From an uncultured Bacteroidales bacterium (lineage in GTDB: Bacteria > Bacillota_I > Bacilli_A > RFN20 > CAG-826), in NCBI GenBank assembly GCA_963650805.1, contig CAVJMG010000006.1:21439-85438 (forward strand): a DNA stretch of 64,000 nucleotides, read 5' to 3'. The notes below the pieces were generated by a model, which was given only the letters and a program-made list of their open reading frames with translations, made no database searches and was not told the origin of the DNA. Of the stretch, positions 49,524 through 58,346 are shown piece after piece (the stretch's first letter is position 1; the number at the start of each line of letters is the position of its first letter). The position numbers and the translations under genes are program-made.

Positions 49524-50813
49524 ATGAGCGAACATAATTATTATCCAAGAATTGTTGATAAACTTCTTGATTTGAAACTGAGAGCATTTGGCGCAACAAA
49601 TATTGTTGGCCCTAAATGGTGCGGGAAAACCGAGACTGCTTTGCAAAAGGCAAAAAGCAAGATAATGCTGCAAAGGGATCCCAATAAAGATGAATTAATT
49701 TATACCGCAAAGATAAATCCTTCTGCGCTTCTAGACGGGGAACAGCCGCGTTTGATCGACGAATGGCAGGACGCGCCCAATATCTGGGACGCCGTCAGAT
49801 CTTATTGCGATGAGCAGCATGGCCAAGGACATTTCATACTTACGGGTTCTACTGCGAGAACGGAAGAGACAAGGCACACTGGAACGGGGAGAATATCGAC
49901 CTTAAAGATGTATCCAATGTCGCTGTTTGAGTCTAAAGAATCCAATGGTTCCGTATCCTTGCTCGATTTGTTTGATAAGAAAGATGCTTTGGAAAAAGGG
50001 TGTCGAACGGACTTAACTTTAGATGATATTGTTTTTGCCGCGTGTCGGGGCGGATGGCCAGCCAGCGTGCTGATGGATGACAAAGAGGCTCAGCTCGCTG
50101 TGGCAAAAGATTATTTCGAGCAGATATATTCCCGGGACGCTAGCGCAGTCGATCACACCAAAAGGAACCCCCAAACCATGCGAGCGGTATTGAGGAGCTA
50201 CGCGCGGAACATTTCTACGCTTGCGAAAAAAGTAAGCCTTATCGAAGACGTCAACGCCACTAATCACATTTCCGAAGCCACCTTAGATGACTATATTGAG
50301 GCCCTTGAAAGACTTTTTGTCGTTGAAGACATTTATGGATGGTGTCCGTCCTTGCGTTCTAAGACGGCTGCGCGAAGCGGAAGGAAGAGAGAATTCGTCG
50401 ATCCCTCAATTGCGGTAGCGGCTTTAGGGGGTTCGCCCACCGTATATAAGACTGAACTCAAAAGCTTTGGCTTCATTTTCGAGACGCTTTGCATCAGAGA
50501 TCTAAAAGTTTATTCTCAAGCTCTTGGGGGTGAAGTCTCTTATTATCGCGACAAGCTTGGCTTAGAAGCCGATTGCGTACTGCATTTAAACGATGGCAGA
50601 TATGCGCTGATTGAATTTAAGTTAGGGACGGATAGCATTGAGGAAGCGAGCTGCCATTTGAATAAGCTTGAGTTTTTGATTCAAGCACACAACATCGAAA
50701 AAAAGCCCCAGATAAGAATGCCTGATCTGAAATTGATCATTACCGGGACCAAATATGGATATAAAAGGGACGACGGTGTGCTCGTCGTCCCAATCGGATG
50801 CTTGAAGGATTAG
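49524..50813 (+). CDS. AAA+ ATPase with a C-terminal PD-(D/E)xK-like domain (AAA_14 / DUF4143-type)
   Basis: Walker A GPKWCGKT and Walker B LIDEWQ are present, with a sensor region ILTGS. The C-terminal GFIFETLCIRDL, then EAD...ALIEFKLG, fits a D...ExK nuclease-fold signature. Confidence 0.8.
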   Translation: MSEHNYYPRIVDKLLDLKLRAFGATNIVGPKWCGKTETALQKAKSKIMLQRDPNKDELIYTAKINPSALLDGEQPRLIDEWQDAPNIWDAVRSYCDEQHGQGHFILTGSTARTEETRHTGTGRISTLKMYPMSLFESKESNGSVSLLDLFDKKDALEKGCRTDLTLDDIVFAACRGGWPASVLMDDKEAQLAVAKDYFEQIYSRDASAVDHTKRNPQTMRAVLRSYARNISTLAKKVSLIEDVNATNHISEATLDDYIEALERLFVVEDIYGWCPSLRSKTAARSGRKREFVDPSIAVAALGGSPTVYKTELKSFGFIFETLCIRDLKVYSQALGGEVSYYRDKLGLEADCVLHLNDGRYALIEFKLGTDSIEEASCHLNKLEFLIQAHNIEKKPQIRMPDLKLIITGTKYGYKRDDGVLVVPIGCLKD

Positions 50814-50818
50814 TCAAA

Positions 50819-53560
50819 TCAGTAAAGCGTTTTTGCTCCGGATTCGTCGTAATGCCAATAAGAGCAGTCAAACCCTTGTTCTTCTTCGCTCGGCTCAGTA
50901 TCGCTATAGAAGGCGACGGTGACTTCGTTATTGTCCCAAGCCGCGGATAGGAAATCATCGAGCCAACAATCGTCTTCGTCCCAATAACTGTTGGCTTCGG
51001 AACGATAGGTGCTCAAGCTAGCGGCGAAGTAGATGGAGGAATCTTCTGAATCGGAGAAATAATCGAAGGCGGATGGCTCAATGCTGGTGCAAGAAGCGGG
51101 GATGAAAACCTCAACCTCGCCAAGAATATAGGAGAACGCGTTGCTTCCGATACTTTTTACGGCGTCCCCTAAATCGAATGAGGTCACAGTATAGGCGCTT
51201 TCTTCTTCGTCTCCGTAGAACGCATAATCTCCGATTTCTGTCGCGCCTTGGATGGAGATCGACTCCAAGCCGTTGGAGTAGCTGAACGCGTTGCTTCCGA
51301 TCGAAGTGACTTTTTCGCCAAGCGCCACTTCCGCGAGAGAACAATGAGAGAACGCGTTGGAATCTATCTTCTCAGCGTTGTTCCAATTCACGGTTTTGAC
51401 GGCTTTTTTGTTGATGAAGGCGGAAGCCCCGACTTCTTTGACGGAGTCGATGAAGACGTAGTTCTCCTCATTTCCCCCATAGCCGTAGATGACCGATTTG
51501 TCCGCGTTGTAGATCTCTTTTCGCGCATAGTCGATGGTCACTTCTTCCGGGGTGGCAATGTGTTCAGGCTTATATAAAGAGAACATGCTTTTGAACGCTT
51601 TGGCTTTCGCGGAATCCTTGATTACGTATACGGTGTGGTTGTAGCTTCCGGCTCCAATCTGGCGATAGAAAAAGGTTTCACTGGCTAGAATGGTTGGGTC
51701 GTCGTGACCGAATTCGATTTCCAAGACATTCGGATTGCTTTTGAAAGCATCGACTTCAATTGTGGTCACCGAGCTGGGAATGTAGATGTACTGGGCTTGT
51801 GACAAAGAAACGAAGACGCTTTTAGCGATTTTGGTCACCGTATCAGGAATGATGATTTTTGTAGGATTCTTAGATTTAGATACGTCATAACGAACAAGGG
51901 TTCCATCTTCGATGATGAACTCTTCTGAAATTGCCTGAGCGGTTTGAATCAGAGCGGCTAAATCCGGGCAGTTGCCCCAAGCCTGCTTCAAAGTGGCCGC
52001 GATATCTTCGCTATCGACGATGATGGAAGGCGTGGCCCCGATTCCGATGGAGGGGACGACGGGATAAACGGTGACGTCTTCATCGAAATGGAAGATAAGT
52101 TTGTCGATTGCGCTTTCGGCAAACACGCCGCTTTTGATTTCGGCTTGATTGGCGAAGGTCAATTCCAATTCCGAAATTGCGGTTCCCCTTAAGGCGTTGA
52201 TTCCTAAATAGGCTAGAGATCCTAAAACGGTTAACGATGAAAGGCTGGAACAAGAAGCGAACCAAGAGTCTTGGATTGAGGCGATGTAGCTAGGCAAGAT
52301 GACGCTCTCAAGACGAGAACAAGACGCAAAGACCATGTTTTCTGCTTCGAAGTTTATTCCTTCGTTTAAGGCGGAAGGGAAATCGATAGCGGTGAGGCCG
52401 GTGCTAGAGAAAGCGGCGCTTCCGATGCGGGTTAAGCAATTTCCGAAATGTGCCTCCTTCATCGCGGTGCAAGCGTAGAAGGCGTAGCCCTCGATGGAAT
52501 GGACATGACTTAAGTCAAGCGTGCCGACGTTCGTCATGAAGAAAGCGTACTGCCCGATTGTCGCGACCGTTTCCTTCAAAACGAAGGAGGAAGCGTCTTT
52601 TGCCTGAGGAAAATTGATCAAAACCGTCTCGTCTTTGGAATAAAGCACTCCGTCCGCGGTTTTGAAATGCTCGTTCTCGGAGGAGATGACCCATTCTTTC
52701 AAGTTGGGCATGTCTTGGTAATAGGCGAAGTTTTCTAGATTTTTTGGCAATGTGAATGTTTCGAATGCTAAGCCCACGAATGCTTGGCCTTCGATTGTCG
52801 TCACTGTGTCCGGGATTGAAAGCGAGGAAAGGGAACTATTGTTGCCCAAAGCACCTCTGCCGATTTTCAGCAAACCGTTAGGAAGGGTTATCGATGTGAG
52901 CTTTTCTAGGCCGTTGACGGCGCTTGCGCCAAGCTCTTGGCAATTTTCCAAAACCAAGGTTTCCAATGTGTCGCACCCAGCCAATACGCCATTAGGGAGC
53001 TTCTTTTGATTGGTGATGGTGAGAGATTTGAATTTGGAGGCGTAATAGCTGGTCGCATTCTTGCCTGTGACGTTTCCGATGCCGAACATTTCACCAAGAT
53101 AAGCGTTTTCCTCTTCCGCGCTTTGTCCAACGAAAGGGGTCACCAAGGAGGCCAAAGTGCTGCACAGGGGGCTCAAGGCCCCCTTTTCGATGTAAGTAAC
53201 GGTGTTCGGGATGGTCAATTTGGCAATCAAAAGCGCGCTTTTGAAGGCCGTGCTGGCGATTGCCTTGACCGGGAGCCCTTTGTATTCGGAGGGCACGGCA
53301 TAATCGCTGGCGAAGGTGTCCGGGCAGCTGATGAGGGTGAAGCAGGACTTGTCTTCGGATAAGGCGAAATGATCGTCGCCGACAACTTCTTCACTGATGG
53401 ATTCCGACGAGCTTTCGCTTGAAGATTCTGATGATTCTTTGCTAGTTGAATCAATGGAAGAGCTTTCTGGTTCGCTTGATGAGAGAGGCTGGGGCGTCTC
53501 GCTTGAGGAGGCGTTCCCCCCAGAGCAAGAGACGAGGAGGAGCGAGGCCGATAGGGCCAT
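50819..53560 (-). CDS. BspA-like leucine-rich-repeat (LRR_5) surface lipoprotein
   Basis: Many repeats of about 23-25 aa of the type IP.sVt.Ig..AF..c..L..i. The N-terminus ..ALSASLLLVSC has a lipobox followed by a Ser-rich linker. The true start may be a non-ATG codon upstream (up to 53584). Confidence 0.8.
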   Translation of the reverse strand: MALSASLLLVSCSGGNASSSETPQPLSSSEPESSSIDSTSKESSESSSESSSESISEEVVGDDHFALSEDKSCFTLISCPDTFASDYAVPSEYKGLPVKAIASTAFKSALLIAKLTIPNTVTYIEKGALSPLCSTLASLVTPFVGQSAEEENAYLGEMFGIGNVTGKNATSYYASKFKSLTITNQKKLPNGVLAGCDTLETLVLENCQELGASAVNGLEKLTSITLPNGLLKIGRGALGNNSSLSSLSIPDTVTTIEGQAFVGLAFETFTLPKNLENFAYYQDMPNLKEWVISSENEHFKTADGVLYSKDETVLINFPQAKDASSFVLKETVATIGQYAFFMTNVGTLDLSHVHSIEGYAFYACTAMKEAHFGNCLTRIGSAAFSSTGLTAIDFPSALNEGINFEAENMVFASCSRLESVILPSYIASIQDSWFASCSSLSSLTVLGSLAYLGINALRGTAISELELTFANQAEIKSGVFAESAIDKLIFHFDEDVTVYPVVPSIGIGATPSIIVDSEDIAATLKQAWGNCPDLAALIQTAQAISEEFIIEDGTLVRYDVSKSKNPTKIIIPDTVTKIAKSVFVSLSQAQYIYIPSSVTTIEVDAFKSNPNVLEIEFGHDDPTILASETFFYRQIGAGSYNHTVYVIKDSAKAKAFKSMFSLYKPEHIATPEEVTIDYARKEIYNADKSVIYGYGGNEENYVFIDSVKEVGASAFINKKAVKTVNWNNAEKIDSNAFSHCSLAEVALGEKVTSIGSNAFSYSNGLESISIQGATEIGDYAFYGDEEESAYTVTSFDLGDAVKSIGSNAFSYILGEVEVFIPASCTSIEPSAFDYFSDSEDSSIYFAASLSTYRSEANSYWDEDDCWLDDFLSAAWDNNEVTVAFYSDTEPSEEEQGFDCSYWHYDESGAKTLY

Positions 53561-53767
53561 AAGCCATTTTTTGTTTATGATAATCTCCTTGAAAGAAACC
53601 TATAGACTATCGAACTAAAACGAAAAAACGCAAGAGGTTTTCACCGCAAAGCGCATTGTCTGCGAATGAGCTTGAATAAAGCACGCGCCAACAGTTTTGC
53701 CGTTTTTTACGAAAAAGAACGGGGACGGGTGCCCTTATTCGCGTTTCGCCTTATAATCACATTGAAT

Positions 53768-54226
53768 ATGAGTAAGCCAACTAAACGCCAAGCCCAGAGG
53801 ATCGCCGCCTCCTTGAAAAAAGGCAAGAAAAAATACATCGATCTAGAGGAACTCTCTACTTTGGTCGGGATCTATCCCGACGTGTTAGGGCAGCAGCTTT
53901 TGGCTTTCTCCCCAATGATACTTATGGACCCTTCGATTAATTGCAAAGAGCTTTTGCCTCAGATCGAAGAATACATAAAGAACTACGATGCCCCCAAGAA
54001 AGCCAAAGCGCCTTCAACCCCTCCGGTTAGAAAAAAAGACGTGCTTGAATACAAAGGCATCACCGACTTCGTCTACAAAAAGATGACTACGGCAGGCGGG
54101 CTTGTCGATCCGAGCTTTGAGCTTAATGACAAGGACTTGAAGATTCTTCACAAACTCGTTGTCAATGAGCGGAAGGCTAGAAGAGAGAAAGCGAAAAAAG
54201 CCGCCGCGAAGAAGAAAAAGAAATAA
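53768..54226 (+). CDS. Small Lys-rich protein, possibly DNA-binding
   Basis: MSKPTKRQAQRIAASLKKGKKKYIDLEELSTLVGIYPDVLGQQLL is HTH-like, and the tail KARREKAKKAAAKKKKK is strongly basic. No SD is visible, and TATAAT at 53752-53757 lies 10 nt upstream of the ATG. Confidence 0.5.
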   Translation: MSKPTKRQAQRIAASLKKGKKKYIDLEELSTLVGIYPDVLGQQLLAFSPMILMDPSINCKELLPQIEEYIKNYDAPKKAKAPSTPPVRKKDVLEYKGITDFVYKKMTTAGGLVDPSFELNDKDLKILHKLVVNERKARREKAKKAAAKKKKK

Positions 54227-54232
54227 ACGATC

Positions 54233-54289
54233 AAAGCCCTTTGCCGCAACATGTATGAGAGCGCGAGCAAAGGGCTTTTTGCTTTTTTG
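54233..54289 (+). terminator. Intrinsic terminator
   Basis: AAAGCCCTTTGC (54233-54244) pairs with GCAAAGGGCTTT (54267-54278) and is followed by TTGCTTTTTT. Confidence 0.75.
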
Positions 54290-54489
54290 AAGCTTGCATC
54301 AATTGACAAAGAGATTGATGGCGATGCCGCCTTTCCAAAAGGCGTAATGGAGCCTTTTTTACGCTTAAAGATAGCCTTGGAATGACGATTTTTGGATAGA
54401 AAAAGAAACACAAAGGGGCGAAATAAAAGCGGTATATAAGTAAATAATACTTAACATGTATTGTCAATTAAACTCCCTTTTTCTACGTT

Positions 54490-54515
54490 AGCCCCCTTAG
54501 GGGGCTTTTCATTTC
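54490..54515 (+). terminator. Orphan intrinsic terminator upstream of the PFOR promoter
   Basis: AGCCCCC-TTA-GGGGGCT followed by TTTCATTTCATTTC. No annotated ORF ends here. Confidence 0.65.
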
Positions 54516-54521
54516 ATTTCG

Positions 54522-54550
54522 TTGAATGCGCCCGTCAAAGTTCCTATACT
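54522..54550 (+). promoter_or_regulatory. Promoter of the PFOR gene
   Basis: TTGAAT (54522-54527), a 17-nt spacer, then TATACT (54545-54550). AAGGAG RBS is at 54561-54566. Confidence 0.65.
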
Positions 54551-54576
54551 AACGGCGTTAAGGAGATTTTGCATTC

Positions 54577-57500
54577 ATGGCAGAAATCAAAAAGACGATG
54601 AAATCCGTCGACGGCAATACTGCTGCCGCGATGGAAAGCTACTACTTCACCGAAGTAGCGGCAATTTTCCCCATCACCCCCTCTTCCCCGATGGCGGAAA
54701 ATGTCGATGTGTTCGCATCAAAGGGGCAGAAAAATTTCTTTGGACACCCCGTTAAAGTGGTGGAGATGGAATCCGAGGCCGGTGCTTCTGGCGCTGTCCA
54801 CGGCGCGCTTCAAGGCGGGTCCTTGGCTACGACCTATACCGCTTCCCAAGGCTTGCTCTTGATGATTCCTAACATCTACAAATGGTGCGGTGAATTGCTC
54901 CCCGCGGTTATGCATGTTGCCGCGCGTTCCCTCGCTACTCGCTCTTTGTCAATCTTCGGCGACCACCAAGACGTCATGGCCATCCGTCAGACCGGCATCA
55001 CCATGATCGTTTCCAACTCCGTTCAGGAAATTGCCGACTTGGCTCCTGTGGCGCATTTGGTCGCCATCGAATCCTCGGCTCCGGTTTGCCATTTCTTCGA
55101 TGGTTTCCGCACCTCTCACGAAGTTCAGAACGTTGAATTCGTCGACCCCGAGGAATGGAAGAAACTCATGCCTTGGGAAAAGGTCGAGGAATTCCGTGCC
55201 CGCGCTTTGAACCCCCATTCTCACGCTGTCACCCGTGGTGGTGCCGAGAACGATGATATCTATTTCCAGGGCCGTGAAGCTCAGAATGAGCATTATTCTC
55301 ACGTTATCGAAATTGCTCAGAAGTATTTCGACGAGGCCACCCGTCTCACCGGCAGGAAATACGCGCCGTTCGTCTATTATGGCGACCCCAACGCCGAACG
55401 CGTGATCGTCGCCATGGGCTCGGTCAACGAGACCGCCATGGAAGTGGTGGACGCCCTCAACAAAGCCGGCGAAAAGGTCGGCTTGGTCGAAGTTCACCTC
55501 TATCGCCCCTTCTCCAGCAAATTGCTTTCCGAAGCCATTCCCGCCTCGGTCAAAAAGATTGCCGTGCTCGACCGCACCAAAGAAATGGGCGCTGAAGGCG
55601 AGCCGCTTTATCTTGATGTTTTGGCCGCCCTTTCCAAAGAAGGCCGCTCCGACATCAAAATCATCGGTGGACGTTATGGCCTTTCTTCTAAAGACACCCA
55701 GCCCAAAGACGTCAAATCCGTCTACGACTTCCTCAATGCCGAGAAGGTCTGGACCGGCTTCACCGTCGGCATCAAAGACGATGTCACCCATCTTTCCATC
55801 CCCGTCGACGAATCCTTCAAGATTCCGCAGAACTACACCTCTTGCCTCTTCTATGGCTTAGGTTCCGACGGCACCGTCTCCGCCAACAAGAGCTCCATCA
55901 AGATCATTGGCGACGCCACCCATCAATACGCGCAGGCCTATTTCCAGTATGACTCCCGCAAAGCCGGCGGCACCACCAGGAGCCACCTCCGCTTCGGCAA
56001 AGAGCCGATCCACAGCGAGTATTACGTCAAAAACGCGGATTTCATCTCCTGCTCTCTTGATACCTACATCTTCAAGTTCGACATGATCGCCAACCTCAAA
56101 GAGGGCGGCACCTTCTTGCTCAACACCAACATGGACGATGAGACCCTCATCAAATCCATGCCCAACCGCATGAAGCACCTCCTCGCTGAGAAGAAGGCCA
56201 ACTTCTACGTCATTGACGCCAATAAACTTGCCGCCGAATGCGGCATGGGCCGTCATACCAACACCACCCTTCAAGCTGCCTTCTTCAAACTTTCTCCGCA
56301 GATCATGGATTATTCCGAAGCCGAGAAATGGATGAAGAAATTCGCCGAGAAGACCTACGCCAAAAAAGGCATGGAAATCGTTCAGCAAAACTGGAACGCC
56401 ATCGACGCCGGCCCCAAGGGGCTCCGCCGCATCGAAGTCGATCCCAGCTGGATTGAGCTTTCCTCCAAGAAAGTGGCCGCTGCTGATTCTGGCGACACTT
56501 ATTACGACGAATACGTCGAAATCATCGATCGCCTCGATGGCGACGAATTGCCCACCAGCGCCTTCACCAAGCATGAGCTTCTTGACGGCACGATGAACGA
56601 GAACATCACCTTCCGCCAGAAGAGGGCAATCGCCGACAGGGTCCCTGTGTGGAATCCTGCCAAATGCATTGAGTGCAACCAGTGCGCCTTCGTTTGCCCC
56701 CACGCCACCATCCGCGCTTACCTCCTTGACGAAAAAGAGGTCGAAAACGCCCCCGAAGTGGTCAAGGCCAATCTCAAACCCGCCATCGGAACCGCGGACA
56801 AATCGCTCAAGTTCCGCATTTCCGTCGCGACTGAAAACTGCATTGGCTGCGGTCTTTGCGTCTCTGAGTGCCAAGCCAACAAAGTCGCCGATATGAAGGC
56901 GGTCAAAGAAGGCAAGAAGCGCGCTGATGCCTCCGAATACGCTCTTTACATGGTCGATGCCCACAAAGCCCGTTCCGAGCAAGAAGCCGCCGACTATTGC
57001 TATTCCAAGGTTTCCGTCAAAGCCAATCAATTCCCCGCTCCGATCGAAAACGGCGTCAAGGGTCTTGGCTTCAAGAAGCCCTACATGGAAGTTTCCGGCG
57101 CTTGCGCGGGCTGCGGCGAAGCTCCTTATTACCGCATCGTCAGCCAGCTCTTTGGCAAAGACATGCTTGTTGCTAACGCCACCGGTTGCTCTTCCATCTA
57201 TTGCGGTTCCACCCCGCTTACTCCCTTCGTCAATGACCACGGCAAAGACGGCGTGGCTTGGGACAACTCCCTCTTCGAAGACAACGCTGAATTCGGCTTT
57301 GGCATGAGAATCGCCACCGATCAGAAGCTTTCCGCCATTTGCTCCACTTTAGAGGAAGCGAAGAAAGCCGAAGACGTCGAGCCTGAGCTCAAGCAAAAGA
57401 TCGACGAATACCTCGCTAACGTCAAAAACCGCGATGAGGAAAAGCGCATCGTCCCCGAACTTCTTGAGCTTGCTTCCAAGAGCAAGAACGAGGCGGTTAA

Positions 57501-58182
57501 GGATATCCTCAATTACAAGAACGACCTCGTCGACAAATCCGTTTGGATCATTGGCGGCGACGGCTGGAGCTACGATATCGGCTACGGCGGACTCGATCAT
57601 GTCTTGGCCAACGAAGCCGACGTCAACGTCTTGGTCCTCGACACCGAAGTCTATTCCAACACCGGCGGCCAGTGCTCCAAATCCTCTCAGACCGGCTCTA
57701 TCAACAAATTCTCCGCTTCCGGCAAGAAAGAAGCGAAGAAGAATCTCGCTTTGATGGCCATGGCCTATGGGCACGTCTATGTCGCTCAAATCGCTCTTGG
57801 CGCCAACCCCGCCGCGGCGATCAAAGCCCTCAAAGAGGCCGAAAGCTATAACGGCCCCTCCTTGGTGCTCTGCTATTGCCCCTGCGCCGAGCAGCACATC
57901 AAAGGCGGCCTGGTCAACTCCATCAAAGAGGAGAAGATGGCCGTCGACTGCGGCTACTTCACCACTTGGAGATTCGATCCTCGCCTCAAAGAGCAAGGCA
58001 AGAGCCCGCTCCAAATCGATTGCAAAGAGCCCGATTTCTCCAAACTCCGCGACTTCATCATGCATGAGACACGCTTCTCTCAGCTCCCCGTGGTCAACCC
58101 CGAGCACGCTGAAGAACTCCTCAACAAGTGCGAAGCCTACGCGAAGCAGCGTTGGTCCGACATCAAGAAGTTCGGCGAATAA
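54577..58182 (+). CDS. nifJ: Pyruvate:ferredoxin (flavodoxin) oxidoreductase, single-polypeptide type
   Basis: 1201 aa. Two ferredoxin-type clusters (CIECNQCAFVCPHA and CIGCGLCVSECQ) and the TPP-binding GGDGWSYDIGYGGLDH are present. Domain order is typical of NifJ/PFOR. Confidence 0.95.
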   Translation: MAEIKKTMKSVDGNTAAAMESYYFTEVAAIFPITPSSPMAENVDVFASKGQKNFFGHPVKVVEMESEAGASGAVHGALQGGSLATTYTASQGLLLMIPNIYKWCGELLPAVMHVAARSLATRSLSIFGDHQDVMAIRQTGITMIVSNSVQEIADLAPVAHLVAIESSAPVCHFFDGFRTSHEVQNVEFVDPEEWKKLMPWEKVEEFRARALNPHSHAVTRGGAENDDIYFQGREAQNEHYSHVIEIAQKYFDEATRLTGRKYAPFVYYGDPNAERVIVAMGSVNETAMEVVDALNKAGEKVGLVEVHLYRPFSSKLLSEAIPASVKKIAVLDRTKEMGAEGEPLYLDVLAALSKEGRSDIKIIGGRYGLSSKDTQPKDVKSVYDFLNAEKVWTGFTVGIKDDVTHLSIPVDESFKIPQNYTSCLFYGLGSDGTVSANKSSIKIIGDATHQYAQAYFQYDSRKAGGTTRSHLRFGKEPIHSEYYVKNADFISCSLDTYIFKFDMIANLKEGGTFLLNTNMDDETLIKSMPNRMKHLLAEKKANFYVIDANKLAAECGMGRHTNTTLQAAFFKLSPQIMDYSEAEKWMKKFAEKTYAKKGMEIVQQNWNAIDAGPKGLRRIEVDPSWIELSSKKVAAADSGDTYYDEYVEIIDRLDGDELPTSAFTKHELLDGTMNENITFRQKRAIADRVPVWNPAKCIECNQCAFVCPHATIRAYLLDEKEVENAPEVVKANLKPAIGTADKSLKFRISVATENCIGCGLCVSECQANKVADMKAVKEGKKRADASEYALYMVDAHKARSEQEAADYCYSKVSVKANQFPAPIENGVKGLGFKKPYMEVSGACAGCGEAPYYRIVSQLFGKDMLVANATGCSSIYCGSTPLTPFVNDHGKDGVAWDNSLFEDNAEFGFGMRIATDQKLSAICSTLEEAKKAEDVEPELKQKIDEYLANVKNRDEEKRIVPELLELASKSKNEAVKDILNYKNDLVDKSVWIIGGDGWSYDIGYGGLDHVLANEADVNVLVLDTEVYSNTGGQCSKSSQTGSINKFSASGKKEAKKNLALMAMAYGHVYVAQIALGANPAAAIKALKEAESYNGPSLVLCYCPCAEQHIKGGLVNSIKEEKMAVDCGYFTTWRFDPRLKEQGKSPLQIDCKEPDFSKLRDFIMHETRFSQLPVVNPEHAEELLNKCEAYAKQRWSDIKKFGE

Positions 58183-58192
58183 GAACTATCTT

Positions 58193-58227
58193 AAGCCCCA
58201 GGGAAATAACCTTGGGGCTTTTCTTAC
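58193..58227 (+). terminator. Intrinsic terminator after PFOR
   Basis: AAGCCCCAGG ... CCTTGGGGCTT followed by TTCTT. Confidence 0.85.
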
Positions 58228-58346
58228 GTCTGCGCAAATTGTTGTCGCTGATTTCATGGGCGCTCGCGGGAAAGCGGATTGTTCCTTTTGCTTTAACCGC
58301 TGAAAGCGTTGTTGAAACTCTTGCGAAAGGGCATAAACTCCCCATT

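Noticed and set aside
54148-54467. Minus-strand ORFs of 87 and 78 aa in the intergenic region upstream of PFOR
   Set aside because: They overlap the poly-Lys tail and terminator of the plus-strand gene, translate to poly-Phe/low-complexity sequence, and have no start context.
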